Counted from the stretch's first letter, positions 26,640 to 39,897 are shown. The stretch: 64,000 bases of DNA from Octopus bimaculoides (GCF_001194135.2 NC_068988.1:67424967-67488966); one strand, 5' to 3'. Program-made: numbers and translations. The notes: a model not told the origin generated them from the sequence alone.

Positions 26640-28091
26640 GTAAGTAAATATATAGGAATGAAAATAACCTGAAATATTCTTAAGATTTTATCAAATGTAC
26701 CATTGATATAAATCACGGCAGACATTTTAAATAAACAGATGCAGTTCCAAACAAATGTCAGAGTGATTCTTATCACAACTCAGAAATTATCACCAGTAAA
26801 ATTAAAAGAATTTAAGCATTTGCTAGATTACTACATGCATGTTTCCTAATGGAGCTTAATCTGATACTTCCTACCGAAATTACACTGTAATGAGGATGCT
26901 AAAATATCTAATGTACATTCAAGTGTTATTTAAAAAAAAAATCTGAGTTTTACACTACTAGGACAATATTCAATCAAACAACTGCCGTGATATATACGCA
27001 TTATTGCAAATATAAATGAAGGAACTTTAAGAATATATTAGATGTAAAAATAAATTTGATATATCGATTGCTTGTTTAAGAACCCTGTCGCTTTCGTAGT
27101 GTGGTATGTCAGTATTTAGCATTCCATCAATGCCAAAGTTGTATAACGTTCTTTCGTGTATGTAGATGCAATTGAATCGTTGGATTTAGTTTGCGAAGTA
27201 CATTGAGAAAAGGATTGAAATTAAGTAGACTATTAGTGGGCAGTTAGTTTTAATAAAATCTCTTATGAGGCTGATCCCTAAATGGCTTTATAAAGGAATG
27301 GATATCATTTAACACCGCCTGGCGTTGAAAAAATGAAAATTTGTATTGGAAAATTAATTAGAATATATTTATCACATGGTAATCTTTTAGTTTGAAATAA
27401 ACAAAGTATCGGTGTATAGCTAATTATCTCACTTCGTAAACATTGTTTCGTAGTCAGTCGTACTCAATATCACATTAGAACGATCTCGGATATCATGAGT
27501 CAAATTCTGTTGGTGGAAGACTTGTTGAAGCCTGTCTGAAGGATAACTAGTATTCTTGTTGAATGCGGTCAACCTAGAGCCATGCTTAATATCAGCACCT
27601 GGTAGTTGGGTGACTGTAGTATAATCCATCATCGTTGTTGCAAATATTCAGCCGATGTGTTGGATCTTGGGATAATTTTCTTCCTTCCACAAACAAATCG
27701 TGAAGACCTTGTAAAGGTCATATGCATTATCTTTCTTCTTATGAATAAACACGAGACAGTAAAACAAATTCAAACTTTATTGCAATAATATCTCAGCAAT
27801 AATGTTTGGGGTGCTAAGCTACATTAGCAGAAAAAGATATTTAACTGATATCAATAGATGTGTTGTTGGCACTAAACAAACAACTGCCTGTTTAGTTAAA
27901 CAGAACAAGGCTGCTTAAGAGAAAATGTAACTTTATATTTTCATGCTCCTACTCGGTTCCAATAAAATATATATTTCTGTTCTGTCGTGAAACACATTGT
28001 AATACAAAAGGTAAATTAGATTGCGTTTTTTTCACTTCGACTAGAGATATTTTTAACTCAGTAATTCTTTATTTCTTTATTTATAAAACAG

Positions 28092-28213
28092 TAGCAGAGA
28101 TGGATCTACAAACGAACAACTAAAGCCCACTCTAACTGGTCGCATTCTGAAAATGGAACACGTTGAAGTGCCACTTAACATACCCGAATTTCTCAAATCG
28201 CTAATCAGGCTTG
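28092..28213 (+). CDS. Candidate internal exon B (122 nt, phase 2 to 1)
   Basis: Acceptor gtaattcttttatttctttatttataaaacag and donor G|gttggt (moderate); open frame SRDGSTNEQLKPTLTGRILKMEHVEVPLNIPEFLKSLIRL in phase with exons A and C. Confidence 0.45.
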
Positions 28214-28350
28214 GTTGGTCTTAGACAATTTGGAATTGCAGCATTCACTTATAGCAAAAATAACAATGGATGACGTGCCAAAAGAAGAGACATAACCTAA
28301 TAGAATTGACAACCAGACACCTATAATCTTTCTCAAATTACAGTCTATAT

Positions 28351-28892
28351 CCGTGGTTCTCAAACTTTCCAAATAATTTTACGTGTCAGTCTCCTTACAA
28401 TTTTTTCGATGATTCGCGGTCCCCTATAAAACACAGGATAATCAATATGGAAAACAAATTATATACATTCGTGTAGTGTAATTTCCGGACTATGAATCGC
28501 ACTGCCCATAGACCCGCAACCCTGAAAACCACAACTTAACCCAGGCTATTTCCCACTGGGATACAATAGATACACATGAAAATATGGGAAATTAGTTGAT
28601 CAGTTGGTTACAAAACAAATGAGAAACGAAATATATCGACAGCACATGCTCGATCAACCATTATACCCGCATATTTCCTATCGGCCAATCAAGCTTGTGC
28701 AACCCGTGTGATTAGTAAATGAGTGTCTAGGATGGCGTCGGTTTTGAAGCCAACGTACAAACAGGATGATAGCATGCAGAAATATTGAAAGTCTTGAAAT
28801 TCTAAAACTTAACTCTCACAGTCCACCCCGTTTTCACGATACTTCAGCGTCCCCCTAAAATCGCTTCCTGATCCCCAGTTTGAGAACCACTG
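28351..28892. mobile_element. Complete non-autonomous hAT (Charlie/Buster-type) MITE, 542 bp
   Basis: TIRs CCGTGGTTCTCAAACT (28351-28366) and AGTTTGAGAACCACTG (28877-28892), 15/16 match; perfect 8-bp TSD GTCTATAT on both sides. Confidence 0.92.
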
Positions 28893-29555
28893 GTCTATAT
28901 TAATAAATGTGGAAGGACACATGGGATGCGACAATTTTAGACGCATTGTTAGGGAAGTGAAAAGATGCGAAGTCTGATGGATAAGTGCTGTGTGAACAAA
29001 GACGACGACGGCGACGATGACGACAACTGAGACGAGGACGCCGACAACAGCAACATCAATAATAAAAACACTAATTCTGTTATTTTAGATGCAAAGGTGT
29101 TTTGTTTGTCGCAAATAGACCTGTGGAAATAACTCAGCCATATTACCTTATAACAGAAACCTTCCATATAGTATTTCCCATTATATGTGTATCATAAACA
29201 GTGTATATATTATACATACAAACAAACATACGTATACACACACACACATGTCTGTATATATATATATATATATNNNNNNNNNNNNNNNNNNNNNNNNNNN
29301 NNNNNNNNNNNNNNNNNNNNNNNNNNNNNNNNNNNNNNNNNNNNNNNNNNNNNNNNNNNNNNNNNNNNNNNNNNNNNNNNNNNNNNNNNNNNNNNNNNNN
29401 NNNNNNNNNNNNNNNNNNNNNNNNNNNNNNNNNNNNNNNNNNNNNNNNNNNNNNNNNNNNNNNNNNNNNNNNNNNNNNNNNNNNNNNNNNNNNNNNNNNN
29501 NNNNNNNNNNNNNNNNNNNNNNNNNNNNNNNNNNNNNNNNNNNNNNNNNNNNNNN

Positions 29556-29612
<57 letters not shown>

Positions 29613-30802
29613 CCTTTCTCTTGCATATCCGTAAATTAATATATTTGTTTCATATAAGGAAGTCGCCCATAGTGCTTCTGTTGTGTCTCAAACGTATATG
29701 GTAGGGTTAATCTTAATAGGTCTTTATTTTCGTATGTGAAGCCATTCAGGAAGCATTGATCGATGTGAAGTATGGCTGCCTGCTGGATGATGCTCCTTTT
29801 CAATCGGTGATAAGAATTCTATGTAGCAATATAGATCAAAGAAATGTTTTATACGATATTCCCAATGGTTAAACGTTAACATTTATTTCCGTTCGATACT
29901 AATCTACAGCCTGTAATTAATGCTTAATTGATTTTACATCTAGTTCTATAATCATAGGTGTAAACCAATCAAATATTACGTAAGCTCTAAAATCTTTGGC
30001 ATAGTTTTCTTTGATATAATCTGATACAAGACTAGTTTTGCAACAAATCTAGATACGAAGCGGCATTTTACTTGGAAAGGTAGATGAGAGGTCAAATTAT
30101 TTATGAAAGATCTTTTAAACGTTGTTAAAGGAAAATATTTTAAATACGTTAGTTTCGATGAAGGTGTAATGTATTTGGTATTGATTTATATGCATAGCAG
30201 ACATTTAAGTAAAGCGTGTATATACTTAATAAAGGTACAGTGCAATTAATTTACGCTTTTAGAGTCTTCTATGATTAAGGAATTTCAAAATAACTTATGT
30301 TGATCCCGTCAACGTAAGAAAAGAAACGATGTGTCATTGCTGTGAAAAGAAATAAACATTTATTTCTATATTTCTTTCGTCTTCATTGTTTAATTATTTC
30401 TAATTTAGATATAAGACCAACAACCTTTTGAGCGTGCAGTTGTTTAGTCAATTATATCGTAGTTACATTTCTGCTCTGTCCCAGGGAAGCAGAATAGTGC
30501 AATGTTTTATAGCTGGAATAAAACATAATGCAAGAATAATATAAAAGCTATTATACAGAGGCAATTAAGCAAATAGATAAAGGAACTGTTTTTAAATACC
30601 TGGTGGATTTAATTTTCAATTTTTCTTCAATTTATGCAAAGGGTTATATTTGTTCTTTTTATTAGTTTATTAGTTTTAGTTTACGTATTTTTTTTCTGTT
30701 TTTAGTTTTCTGTCTGCCAACTTCGTTTGCTATTTTATACTCAAATACACATTTATTTAACCTGACACTGTAACGTTTAATGCTTGCGTTTTATCTTTCC
30801 AG

Positions 30803-30824
30803 ATGAACATCGATCAAAAGAGAG
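30803..30824 (+). CDS. Candidate micro-exon C (22 nt, phase 1 to 2)
   Basis: Strong acceptor gcttgcgttttatctttccag and strong donor AG|gtaagg; reads (D)EHRSKE(R). Confidence 0.5.
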
Positions 30825-31057
30825 GTAAGGTTTCTCTTGGAAAAACTGTTTTTAATTACATTAATTTAGCTATTCCTCATACTGCGACAATATCACAAAT
30901 GGCTTTGAAATATACAGGATTAGATATTAGGATGAAATGTCAAGCAGACATAGATAACTTTGCATTGAAACTATAGAAAAACTGGCTGAAATATTGCAAG
31001 AGCGGTAGTCCAATACACTGTAGCACTACTACATATCCAGTTTTAGTAATAGCATAT

Positions 31058-31251
31058 ATTAGTTTCAAATTTTGGCCCAAGGCAAGCAATGTCGGGGGAG
31101 GGGATAAGTGGATTACATCGGCTCCAGTCCACAAAAGATAATTATTTTATTGACCGAGAAAAGATGAAAGGTAGGTTGACTTCGGAGGAATTTGAACTCA
31201 GAAGGTAAAAGTGGAGGAAATGTCACTGAGCATTCTACCCGGTATGCCGCC
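31058..31251 (-). mobile_element. Family B SINE
   Basis: gaaaagatgaaaggtaggttgacttcggaggaatttgaactcagaa...agcattctacccgg is the reverse complement of the family B head and core. Confidence 0.7.
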
Positions 31252-31499
31252 TTAAAAAAAGTATGTATTAATGAAATAGTATATACTAATGAAACTAAAA
31301 ACAATGTATTCGAAGGAATTGTTAACGTGATAATACTTTTGTTTTGAGATTGAGTGCCGGGCCTAGCCGTTTCTAAGTATTTAGGCTCTTACCTTGGTAA
31401 AAATCAAAATCAAATGTTTCACAAAAGGCATTTTGCGCCATCCTAATGAATGGAAGGATGTATTGGATAACTGAATTTTACATAAACTTTGTCACGCAG

Positions 31500-31509
31500 G
31501 GAGGGTATC
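31500..31509 (+). CDS. Candidate micro-exon D (10 nt, phase 2 to 0)
   Basis: Acceptor actttgtcacgcag and donor gtgagt; reads (R)EGI in phase with C and E. Confidence 0.3.
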
Positions 31510-33696
31510 GTGAGTAATTCGTTGGTTGATAGGTCTGTTCTTCCAGTAAAAATAGCAATAAGTTTGCATAACTTATTGGCAGTAAACCACATGTATGTAT
31601 ACAGTAACATGTTCCTCACCATGCAATTAAGCAGTATCTATTTGAATGTAAAGTACGACCTACATATAGGCAGAAGGCATGGTAGATCTACTTATAAATG
31701 GAACTGTTATTGGAACTTGGTTATTGTCTAACCATCCACATGTCTGACGTATGTTATTGAATTTTCATTTTGTTTTACTCACGGTCGGTAGGGTGGCAGT
31801 TTCATCCAGCTTTGTACAAAATACTTTGTCGTATTTGATTACACTTATTTAATTTTAAACTTAAAATGCTGCCGAAGTCAGGTCTGCCTATTGTACTCCA
31901 TCTCTTTCTTTTATCCGCTTATCCAATATATCCTCCCCCAAATCTATGATCTCTGTCTATGTTTTCATTTATTGTTCATATATATCATTATGTTCCACTA
32001 CCTGGAGACTATATCAACTCAGTACTACGTTTGTGCAATATTTCATCTCACCAATCACTGTTTGAGAATACGCGTATCGGCATAAAAAAAAACAAAGCAA
32101 AATTTACCATTAATAATAAATATTATAGTGAGTCTGCTATTAGAATTAATTTCTTTATTCAGTGAATGTTTAGTATTCTTAAGTACACAAAACTACAAAA
32201 CAAACACTTAGATATATACAAGGATATGTATATACGTGTATGCTTGTCCTTGAGTAAATATGCATAAATATGTGCGTGCTTATGTAGTGTGAGTGTGAGT
32301 GAGTGTGTGAATGTGTGTGTGTGTGTATCTATGTTAATAAACGAAAAGTTGATAATAAAAACTCAGTTTCATAACACAGATGCAGGTAAATTAAAATGGA
32401 AGTTATTGTTTTCACTCAATAATACACTGTATTTTTTATAGTATTTCACGTGTAATAGCTGATACGATATGATATTTAATTCATTTCACCACAAACATCC
32501 TTTTGATGTATTTGACAAATATCAAGACTCATTTACGAAGTCATTTAATAACGTATTGGAAAAATATCAATGTATTAGATAATGGCAATGAGTAGATGAA
32601 TAATCGCGAAACATTGTTAATAATAATGAAACATCGATGGATTATGGTAAAACGAATATGAGCAAGAATGAAATGAAAAGGAATAATGATGAGAAATGCA
32701 TGAATAATGAAGAAACAAGGATGCATTATGATGATATGTAGAATTCAAGAAAAACAGAATAATGAACACAAAGGAGAACGGTAAGAAAATAAATTCTCTG
32801 CCATTGAAACTGTAGATGATGTTTTCTTATCGAATTTTTGCGACCTACTTTCATTTCGAAAACAGACAGCTGCAGTGTACAATAGGTATTTAACTTGAAT
32901 TATTTACCGGGGCACTTAGTCAGTCTATGTCGTAACAATGAAATAGCTTCTATAAAAATAGATATTTTCAATTCCTTTCCAAACATATAAGTGTTATTCT
33001 AAGTTTGAATATATGTTGATTTGCACTTAACAGTCATCAAATTTAATTAAACGCCGATTCCTCTAGCAATGTAAGGAATTATAACCATAAGAATAGAATT
33101 TCTCTTGAGGAATGCACTAGACTATTAGTTAAAGCTACGGCACTCTATTCTTCTTATCTAAATGACAACGCAAGTATTTTGTCTGTAGTTGTTAAAAGCA
33201 TTTGAAGGTTTCAGTTAATGAAATTAAAAACAATTTTTGGTGTCATGTTTCCAGGTACTCCTACAATGATATACCTAAACACTTTAAAAAAATAATAATA
33301 ACGAGTGGTTGGTTATAATATTGAATTACTTTGTGTGAGGATAACCTGCGAAGTTTTCAGTGTAAAACGTAGTTCCGCAGAAGTTACGACTTAGCAAGAT
33401 GTAAAAAATCACTAATAATGTTCCTTAATAATTGAAGAACTTAAACTTCTTACTAATGTTTACCTATTAGCTATAGATTTTCGTGGCTGCTTCTCTTTAA
33501 TTTCAATATATCTAATTAGATTTTCTTATCTCTCAAATGCCTACATCAAAGACATCCAGGTTATAAAAACCTCAAATACATTTTCGAATTTACGATCTAA
33601 ATGAAAATGCAATGGCGGATTTGGTATAGCCTTACTCAATAAAATACTTTCGGAAATAATAAAATTCTGACTCTTCATATTATAACTGTATGCCAG

Positions 33697-33725
33697 GATA
33701 GGATATTGGCAGAATCTGGAGAACG
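33697..33725 (+). CDS. Candidate micro-exon E (29 nt, phase 0 to 2)
   Basis: Acceptor cttcatattataactgtatgccag and donor CG|gtaggc; reads DRILAESGE(R). Confidence 0.3.
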
Positions 33726-33946
33726 GTAGGCATCGTGTTTTACTGTATGTAGCTACGGTTCTTTATGTTCCTTATATTTCAAATCCCGCAGGAGTTTTGT
33801 TTGACTTCCATTTTTTGTGGCTGAGAAAGCAAGGTCCCTCTAAAGGTTGGGAGGTCCGTATAATCAACCAAAACCTCCACCAAAATGCATGATATTGTGA
33901 CCTACTTAGGAACAATTACTGGCTTGTTGCCATTTTAGTTATTTAG

Positions 33947-33971
33947 AAATGCAAAAGACATGAAATCTTTG
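33947..33971 (+). CDS. Candidate micro-exon F (25 nt, phase 2 to 0)
   Basis: Acceptor ccattttagttatttag and strong donor TTG|gtaaga; reads NAKDMKSL. Confidence 0.4.
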
Positions 33972-34599
33972 GTAAGAAATTGTAACTTGTCATTTATTAA
34001 TATCACGTTTATTCTCCTATTGATTTCATATGGATGACTATAATTAAAATATCATTATTTAGGAAGAAATTTTCTTAGAGATGTGCTTTTGTCCAAATTA
34101 CTCGCAGCTGAATCTGACTCAGCGGAACAATGACAGTAAAATGTATACTCGTGTTCTCAACTATGATGTTATTACTGAAAAATGGAGGAAAAACAAGACT
34201 TGAAAAGCTGTTCTTAAAGATCTGACAATATGTAGATGTAGATAGCATTGTTCTAGAATTCTGAAGTATAAATGTTGGTACATACATACATACATACATA
34301 AACACACACACACACTCAAACACATACGCACGCGCGAACACACACACATATACGTGTCTGTGTGCGTGTGCATACATATATATATAGTTATATATATAGG
34401 TACATATATAAATGTATATATATATATATATATATATATNNNNNNNNNNNNNNNNNNNNNNNNNNNNNNNNNNNNNNNNNNNNNNNNNNNNNNNNNNNNN
34501 NNNNNNNNNNNNNNNNNNNNNNNNNNNNNNNNNNNNNNNNNNNNNNNNNNNNNNNNNNNNNNNNNNNNNNNNNNNNNNNNNNNNNNNNNNNNNNNNNNN

Positions 34600-34644
<45 letters not shown>

Positions 34645-34998
34645 TATTATATATATACATATATATATATGCATACCTATATATATATATTATATACATA
34701 TATACATAAATATGTATACATGTACTCACACACACACAAATATATATATGTATGTGTTCTTCGTTGCAAATATGTATTTAAGGGGTGAATACATCTTATA
34801 AAGCTGTGTAAGTAGATTATTGGACAGATTAGCAACCATTCGGTTGGTCCATATTAAATGAGGCTATCATTATGTATAAACCATAGGGGAAAGCGTGAAG
34901 ATAATAGTAAAAGTTTTCTCCCTCCGAACAAAGTCATGAATAATGATAGTATCGAGCATTCTGTCTACTCGCTCCGTAGTTGCTATGGTTACATTTAG

Positions 34999-35056
34999 GT
35001 TAACCTAGTGAACACCTATGAAATTCTTACAACTTTTCATAAACCTATCATAAGAG
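34999..35056 (+). CDS. Candidate exon G (58 nt, phase 0 to 1)
   Basis: Acceptor ggttacatttag and strong donor AG|gtaagt; only one frame is open: VNLVNTYEILTTFHKPIIR. Confidence 0.45.
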
Positions 35057-35514
35057 GTAAGTAAAATACTGAGCGTTTGAAACATCACTTCACACAATCT
35101 CTTCCTCAAGTATGTACAGGTTCTTATTGGTATAGGTATTCCTCTGAAAGCGTACACTTATAATCGAAAGCCTCGCAGTAGTTTATTATTCTCTGTACAG
35201 GAATGACTATCGTAGTGAGATTTATAATGATATATGTTCATATACAATGGTCCCTCGTTTCTCTCTCCTTACCCTCTCAACACTGGCGTCATCTACAATG
35301 AAAGATTAGAAATGCATTGCAAGTACCAACCTTATTTTCCTTCACTACAATCATCAACACAGGAGTTTCTACACGGTAATCAAGCGACCAAGAATATCAG
35401 AAAATCACACTCAAATTACGTTCTTGTCTGTCTTAATGAAATGATATAGTAGATAAAGAAGTCATAAGTATATAAATATATCATTAGTAATCTCACTACG
35501 ATGTCATTACTGTA

Positions 35515-36180
35515 CAGAGGATTGTGAAAGTCGAAAACAGCCATAAAGAACCATAAACAACCACAGCTTCCACCACGGCGTGAAGACGGCTCCACAACAC
35601 GAAATATGTTTTCGTCACAGTGTCCCTGGGAAGGGACCTCCTTGATCTTGGCCACTAGTTCTGACTTGATGTTGCAGGCAAAGCGATTAACGACTTTCTC
35701 AAGCACGCCCATTACACAGTAATCCATGGGATTACAATAGTGGGATTTAAGAGCCCCGAAATTGGGGCCAACGAAATCGTAGAATTTCCCCGGCAACTAG
35801 TTATAATTATTTTCGGTGGTATGACAAGGACCGAATCCTGCCGTCACACATTTGACCTTCCAGCATTAACCATCTCCAGCCAGAGATTGACAATAACTTC
35901 CAGCGGCTTCACATAGCCGTCTGAATTAAGCTTAAGTCTCTGTTCAATGATGTTAGGGTGAATTCCACCATTCAAGTGCAGTCAGGACGCTTGTTGTGTC
36001 TCTTTTTGTTGGCCATCGCTTCATAGTCTCAATTGTATGACACGTCTTACAGCCTTTACAGTGTCCACAGAAGATTGAGCAGCAGCCATGGCATCTGAAT
36101 ATTGATTGCCAAAGCGAATCATCATGACATAGATAAATGATATCCAATATTCAGATGGCTTCCAGTTTTCCATGTCAGAT
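35515..36180 (-). mobile_element. Tc1/mariner maT-like (DD37D) transposase relic
   Basis: Minus-strand fragments RLKLNSDGYVKPLEVIVNLW, RQDS, NPMDYCVMGVLEKVVNRFACNIKSELVAKIKEV resemble LNSDGY, QQDSAPCH and NPLDYYVWG motifs; TA-CAGAGG end at 35513. Confidence 0.75.
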
Positions 36181-36531
36181 AACTTTTTCTCAACACGACT
36201 TTCTGCTCTGCAGAAACTGTTCAGGCTGTTCTTGAAGAAAGAAGACGTGAAAATTTAGCCCGAACAACCTGTGCATATATACAAATATACATGCACACAT
36301 AAATTCATTCATGCGTACGTGCATACACGCGTGCATAATGCGTGCATGCATGCATACATAATATATACATCTACCTACCCATCCATCCATACATCCATCC
36401 ATCCATCCATACATACATACATACATACATACATCCGTACGTGCATGCATGCATACATACATACATACATATGAACTTGCTGTTTCTTTTTATATTCTCC
36501 ATCGTTCATTACTCCAACAACTTTTGTTTAG

Positions 36532-36650
36532 ACTTTGTATTTGGACAACATTTATCTTGTCATACACATTTTGCCAATCATGTATTAAAGGATATTGACA
36601 AAGATTGTCTAGACATAAGACATTTACGTAGCACAAAAGCGTTCATTTAA
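36532..36650 (+). CDS. Candidate exon H (phase 1 start); ends at a weak donor at 36627 or at stop 36650
   Basis: Long pyrimidine tract ending cttttgtttag; reads (D)FVFGQHLSCHTHFANHVLKDIDKDCLDIRHLRSTKAFI*, in phase with G. Confidence 0.35.
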
Positions 36651-37257
36651 TTAAATTCACCTACGTATATTATTGGTGCATTTTTCCTGTCAAATACTGA
36701 AGTTTCATTTGAGCATTGAACCAGCTAGAAATAGAAGTAAAATCCATCTCATATCATACTATACGTTTCTTTCCTCTTTCAATACCAGCAATGGAGTAGC
36801 ATTACTGATGCCCTTACTTGCTGTCGAGGTTTTCTCCCTTGTCAGTACATAGAACAGTGCATGTTCAAGGCTAAAGGGACTTTGACTCTTATTTCTAGCA
36901 ATGCTGGTGCTGCCCTGCGACCTTAGTCACTTTGAGTGACAGTGAATTATTTTCTTATCGGTTTTAAATTACGTTTAGTCATCTTAATCATTATATACGT
37001 TGCGTGTCTTGTTTTCCATCTGTTTCCTTCATTCTTCCGAAAAAAAGTTCATATTCCATATATTCGTATTTCGCATTCCATATTCTCGTATTTTTGTTGT
37101 TTACGTTCTGCGACGTCCTGTGTCAATATATGCATATGCATATACGTATATATGTAAGTATGTACATATCCGTATGTATATTTATTTATGTTTTTTTTTA
37201 TTTATGCGCCCTTTTAAAGCCTAGCCAGGCTTATGGGCCCGGTTTTCCGGTTTCCCC

Positions 37258-37617
37258 ATGGTTCCGGGCTCAGTCCCAGTGCGTGGCACATTCGGGAAAT
37301 ATCTTCAACTATAGCCTTGGGCCCACTAAAGCCTTCTGAGTGGATTTGGTAGACGGAAACTGAAAGAAGCTTGTCGTGTATATACATATGTATATATATT
37401 TATGTGTGCGTGCTTTTGTGTCTGTGCTTAACCCCACCCCCAACATCACCTGACAACCGAGTTTAGTGTGCTTATATCCCCGAAACGTAACGATGCAGCA
37501 AAAGAGGCTGATAGAATAAGTACTAGGCTTACAAACAATAAGTCCAGGAGTCTATTTCTTCGACTAAAGGCGGTGCTCCAGCATGGCCGCAGTCAAATGA
37601 CTGAAACGTATAAAGGA
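37258..37617 (+). mobile_element. SINE family A (head, central microsatellite, tail)
   Basis: ggttccgggctcagtcc...gatttggtagacggaaactgaaagaagc head; gatagaataagtactaggcttac...ggtgctccagcatggccgcagtcaaatgactgaaac tail, shared with the 55.3 and 62.9 kb copies. Confidence 0.85.
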
Positions 37618-37670
37618 GTATATGTACACACACACACACACATATGTATGTATATATATAAATGCATACG

Positions 37671-37741
<71 letters not shown>

Positions 37742-37840
37742 TGGAGAATATTTCACATCTTTATTTGGTGATTATACCATAAAAGACCGATCGGTTTTAT
37801 GATGCCAGCATATTCTAGATATAGGAAAACGTTTTGAGTA

Positions 37841-38600
37841 GTTTGTCCTTCGTAATAGACGATGACCTAGGACATCACATTGGACAAGAAGACGTGGCAT
37901 GGTGTGCCCGGCTGTGGACGATCAGTTCGATGCATGCTCGGAAAGCTCTCCCGTAACTGGGGAACTCGCGGTTTGCTAGGACTGAAGGCAACGTGTTGCC
38001 TTTGGACTCACGCATTTCGCTTTTGTTGTGTCCCTGTAATCCTTCATTGTTTATAGGAGGTTGCAATTTTGTTGTTTGCAGCTTCACCATATAAAGTGTT
38101 CTTGTGCTTGCACTTACCAAGTGTAGAGATTCATCTCAAATCTCTTGAATGAGACTTCAGTGTATCCTTGAAGTGATTTTTATATCCACTTTCCGTGCGC
38201 TAGCCTTTCGTCATTTCAACGCAAAGCAATCTTTTAGGGGATCGTACGTCAAGCATTAGAACATGGTGGAGATCAGTTCTTGAGAGGACTCCCATGTCAG
38301 GGTCCTTGAGTTGTCAGATAATTTTCAATAGCCTCTCAGTTAGTTCACATAAATGTAGTTTTGCTATCTGGCGTGGTTTTCGTAAACCGTTGTAGTCTCG
38401 TAGGCGTACAGTATAGTAGGCAGTACAACTGCTTGCTATAACTTCAACATAGTGGCCAACATAATGCCTTTCTTTTCCAGCACTGATCTACGTACGTGCG
38501 CAAATGCTCAGCATCCCTTGGTGATACGTGTGTCGCATTCATCGTCAATGTTTACAGATCTGGAGTGTGCAGCCGAGGTATCTGAACATAGCAATATATT
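37841..38600 (-). mobile_element. RTE-clade LINE 3' fragment
   Basis: FRYLGCTL...IDDECDTRITK, QAVVLPTILYAYET, HFKDTLKS and a C-terminal GRAFRACIELIVHSRAH, followed by an RTE-like 3' end. Confidence 0.85.
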
Positions 38601-39056
38601 AAGAATTTATGCTAACACAGTGTTATCTAGGTAACGAAACACAGGTTAAATTCAACTCGAACTAAAGTTGATAATACAGGAATGCATACGAGAAGTACGT
38701 TAAAAAGAGATATTGATATTCTCAGAGAAAACAGTCTACTATTTAAACTTATGATGACGTCAGCAGATAACGAAATAATAAAATTTTTTGTATGCTAAAG
38801 CACTTTAATTGTCGTTCACGATGAATTAACTTGGATCTTAATTCTATATGAATTTTTATATATCTGTCAGCATTACGTAGTTAAGTTCACTTAACCACTG
38901 AGTGCTTTCTAGATATCTTCCTGGTTTTATCAATTCCTTTTACATATATACATACACACACGTGTGTGTGTGTGTGTGTGTGTTTGTGTGTTTGTGTGTG
39001 TGTATGTGTGTGTGTGTGTGTGTTTGTCTGTGTGTGTATGTGTGTGTGCGTATATG

Positions 39057-39137
39057 CAGTAATCCCTCGCCATATCTCGGTTTACGTATTCCGGAGGGTT
39101 TTCGAAAGTAATACCCACCATAGTAGAGGGATTACTG
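39057..39137. mobile_element. 81-bp Tigger/pogo-type MITE
   Basis: Perfect 12-bp TIRs CAGTAATCCCTC and GAGGGATTACTG; TA on the right flank, TG (likely mutated TA) on the left. Confidence 0.7.
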
Positions 39138-39897
39138 TATATATATATATATATATATATNNNNNNNNNNNNNNNNNNNNNNNNNNNNNNNNNNNNNNNN
39201 NNNNNNNNNNNNNNNNNNNNNNNNNNNNNNNNNNNNNNNNNNNNNNNNNNNNNNNNNNTGTGTGTGTGTGTGCGTGTGTGCGTGTGTGTGCGTGTGTGCG
39301 TGTGTGTACGTGTGTGTGTGTGTGTCTTTAAAACCTTATAAGAGAGTTTTTGTCTACTCCGATGCAATGACAAGGAAATAAGGGAGTGTCAGGATTCAAC
39401 GTCAGACTGTACGTTTCTTGTGTGTATTCAGATATTCCCAATTCTCATTCAGCTCAACATATAGTTAAAATTGATTAACAGCGGACTGACATGTAAACTG
39501 CCTGGACCCCGCCGATCCTTCTGCTAAACAGGGAACCAAATATCCGTCGAATTACATTATTCAAGCAGAATAGGCTTTAGATAATGCAGCTGTTGACTAA
39601 TACTCTAAACAGAAAATATGGCAGTCACGGTTAGAGTTCCTTTGATCATGATTTTGCTCTCAATCGGTACTGCTTTGCAGAAAAACAAGAACTGCTTCAC
39701 AATTATCAGTTTGTCTTTCGTGTGTCACAGAGATGAAGGATATTCATGTCCAAGTAGTTTTCATTGATTAATTTCATCCAATATTTCAACCACAATATCG
39801 ATTTTTTTCCTGCGGATAAAATCATAATATGACAGGTGATAAGATAGAATCAGTTGCAGTGTACAACTGAACGTTCTGTTACGTATACCATGTAGAA

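Noticed and set aside
27429-27760. GC-richer segment with a minus-strand frame interrupted by a single TGA
   Set aside because: No recognisable homology and no convincing splice pair; no grounds to invoke selenocysteine or readthrough.
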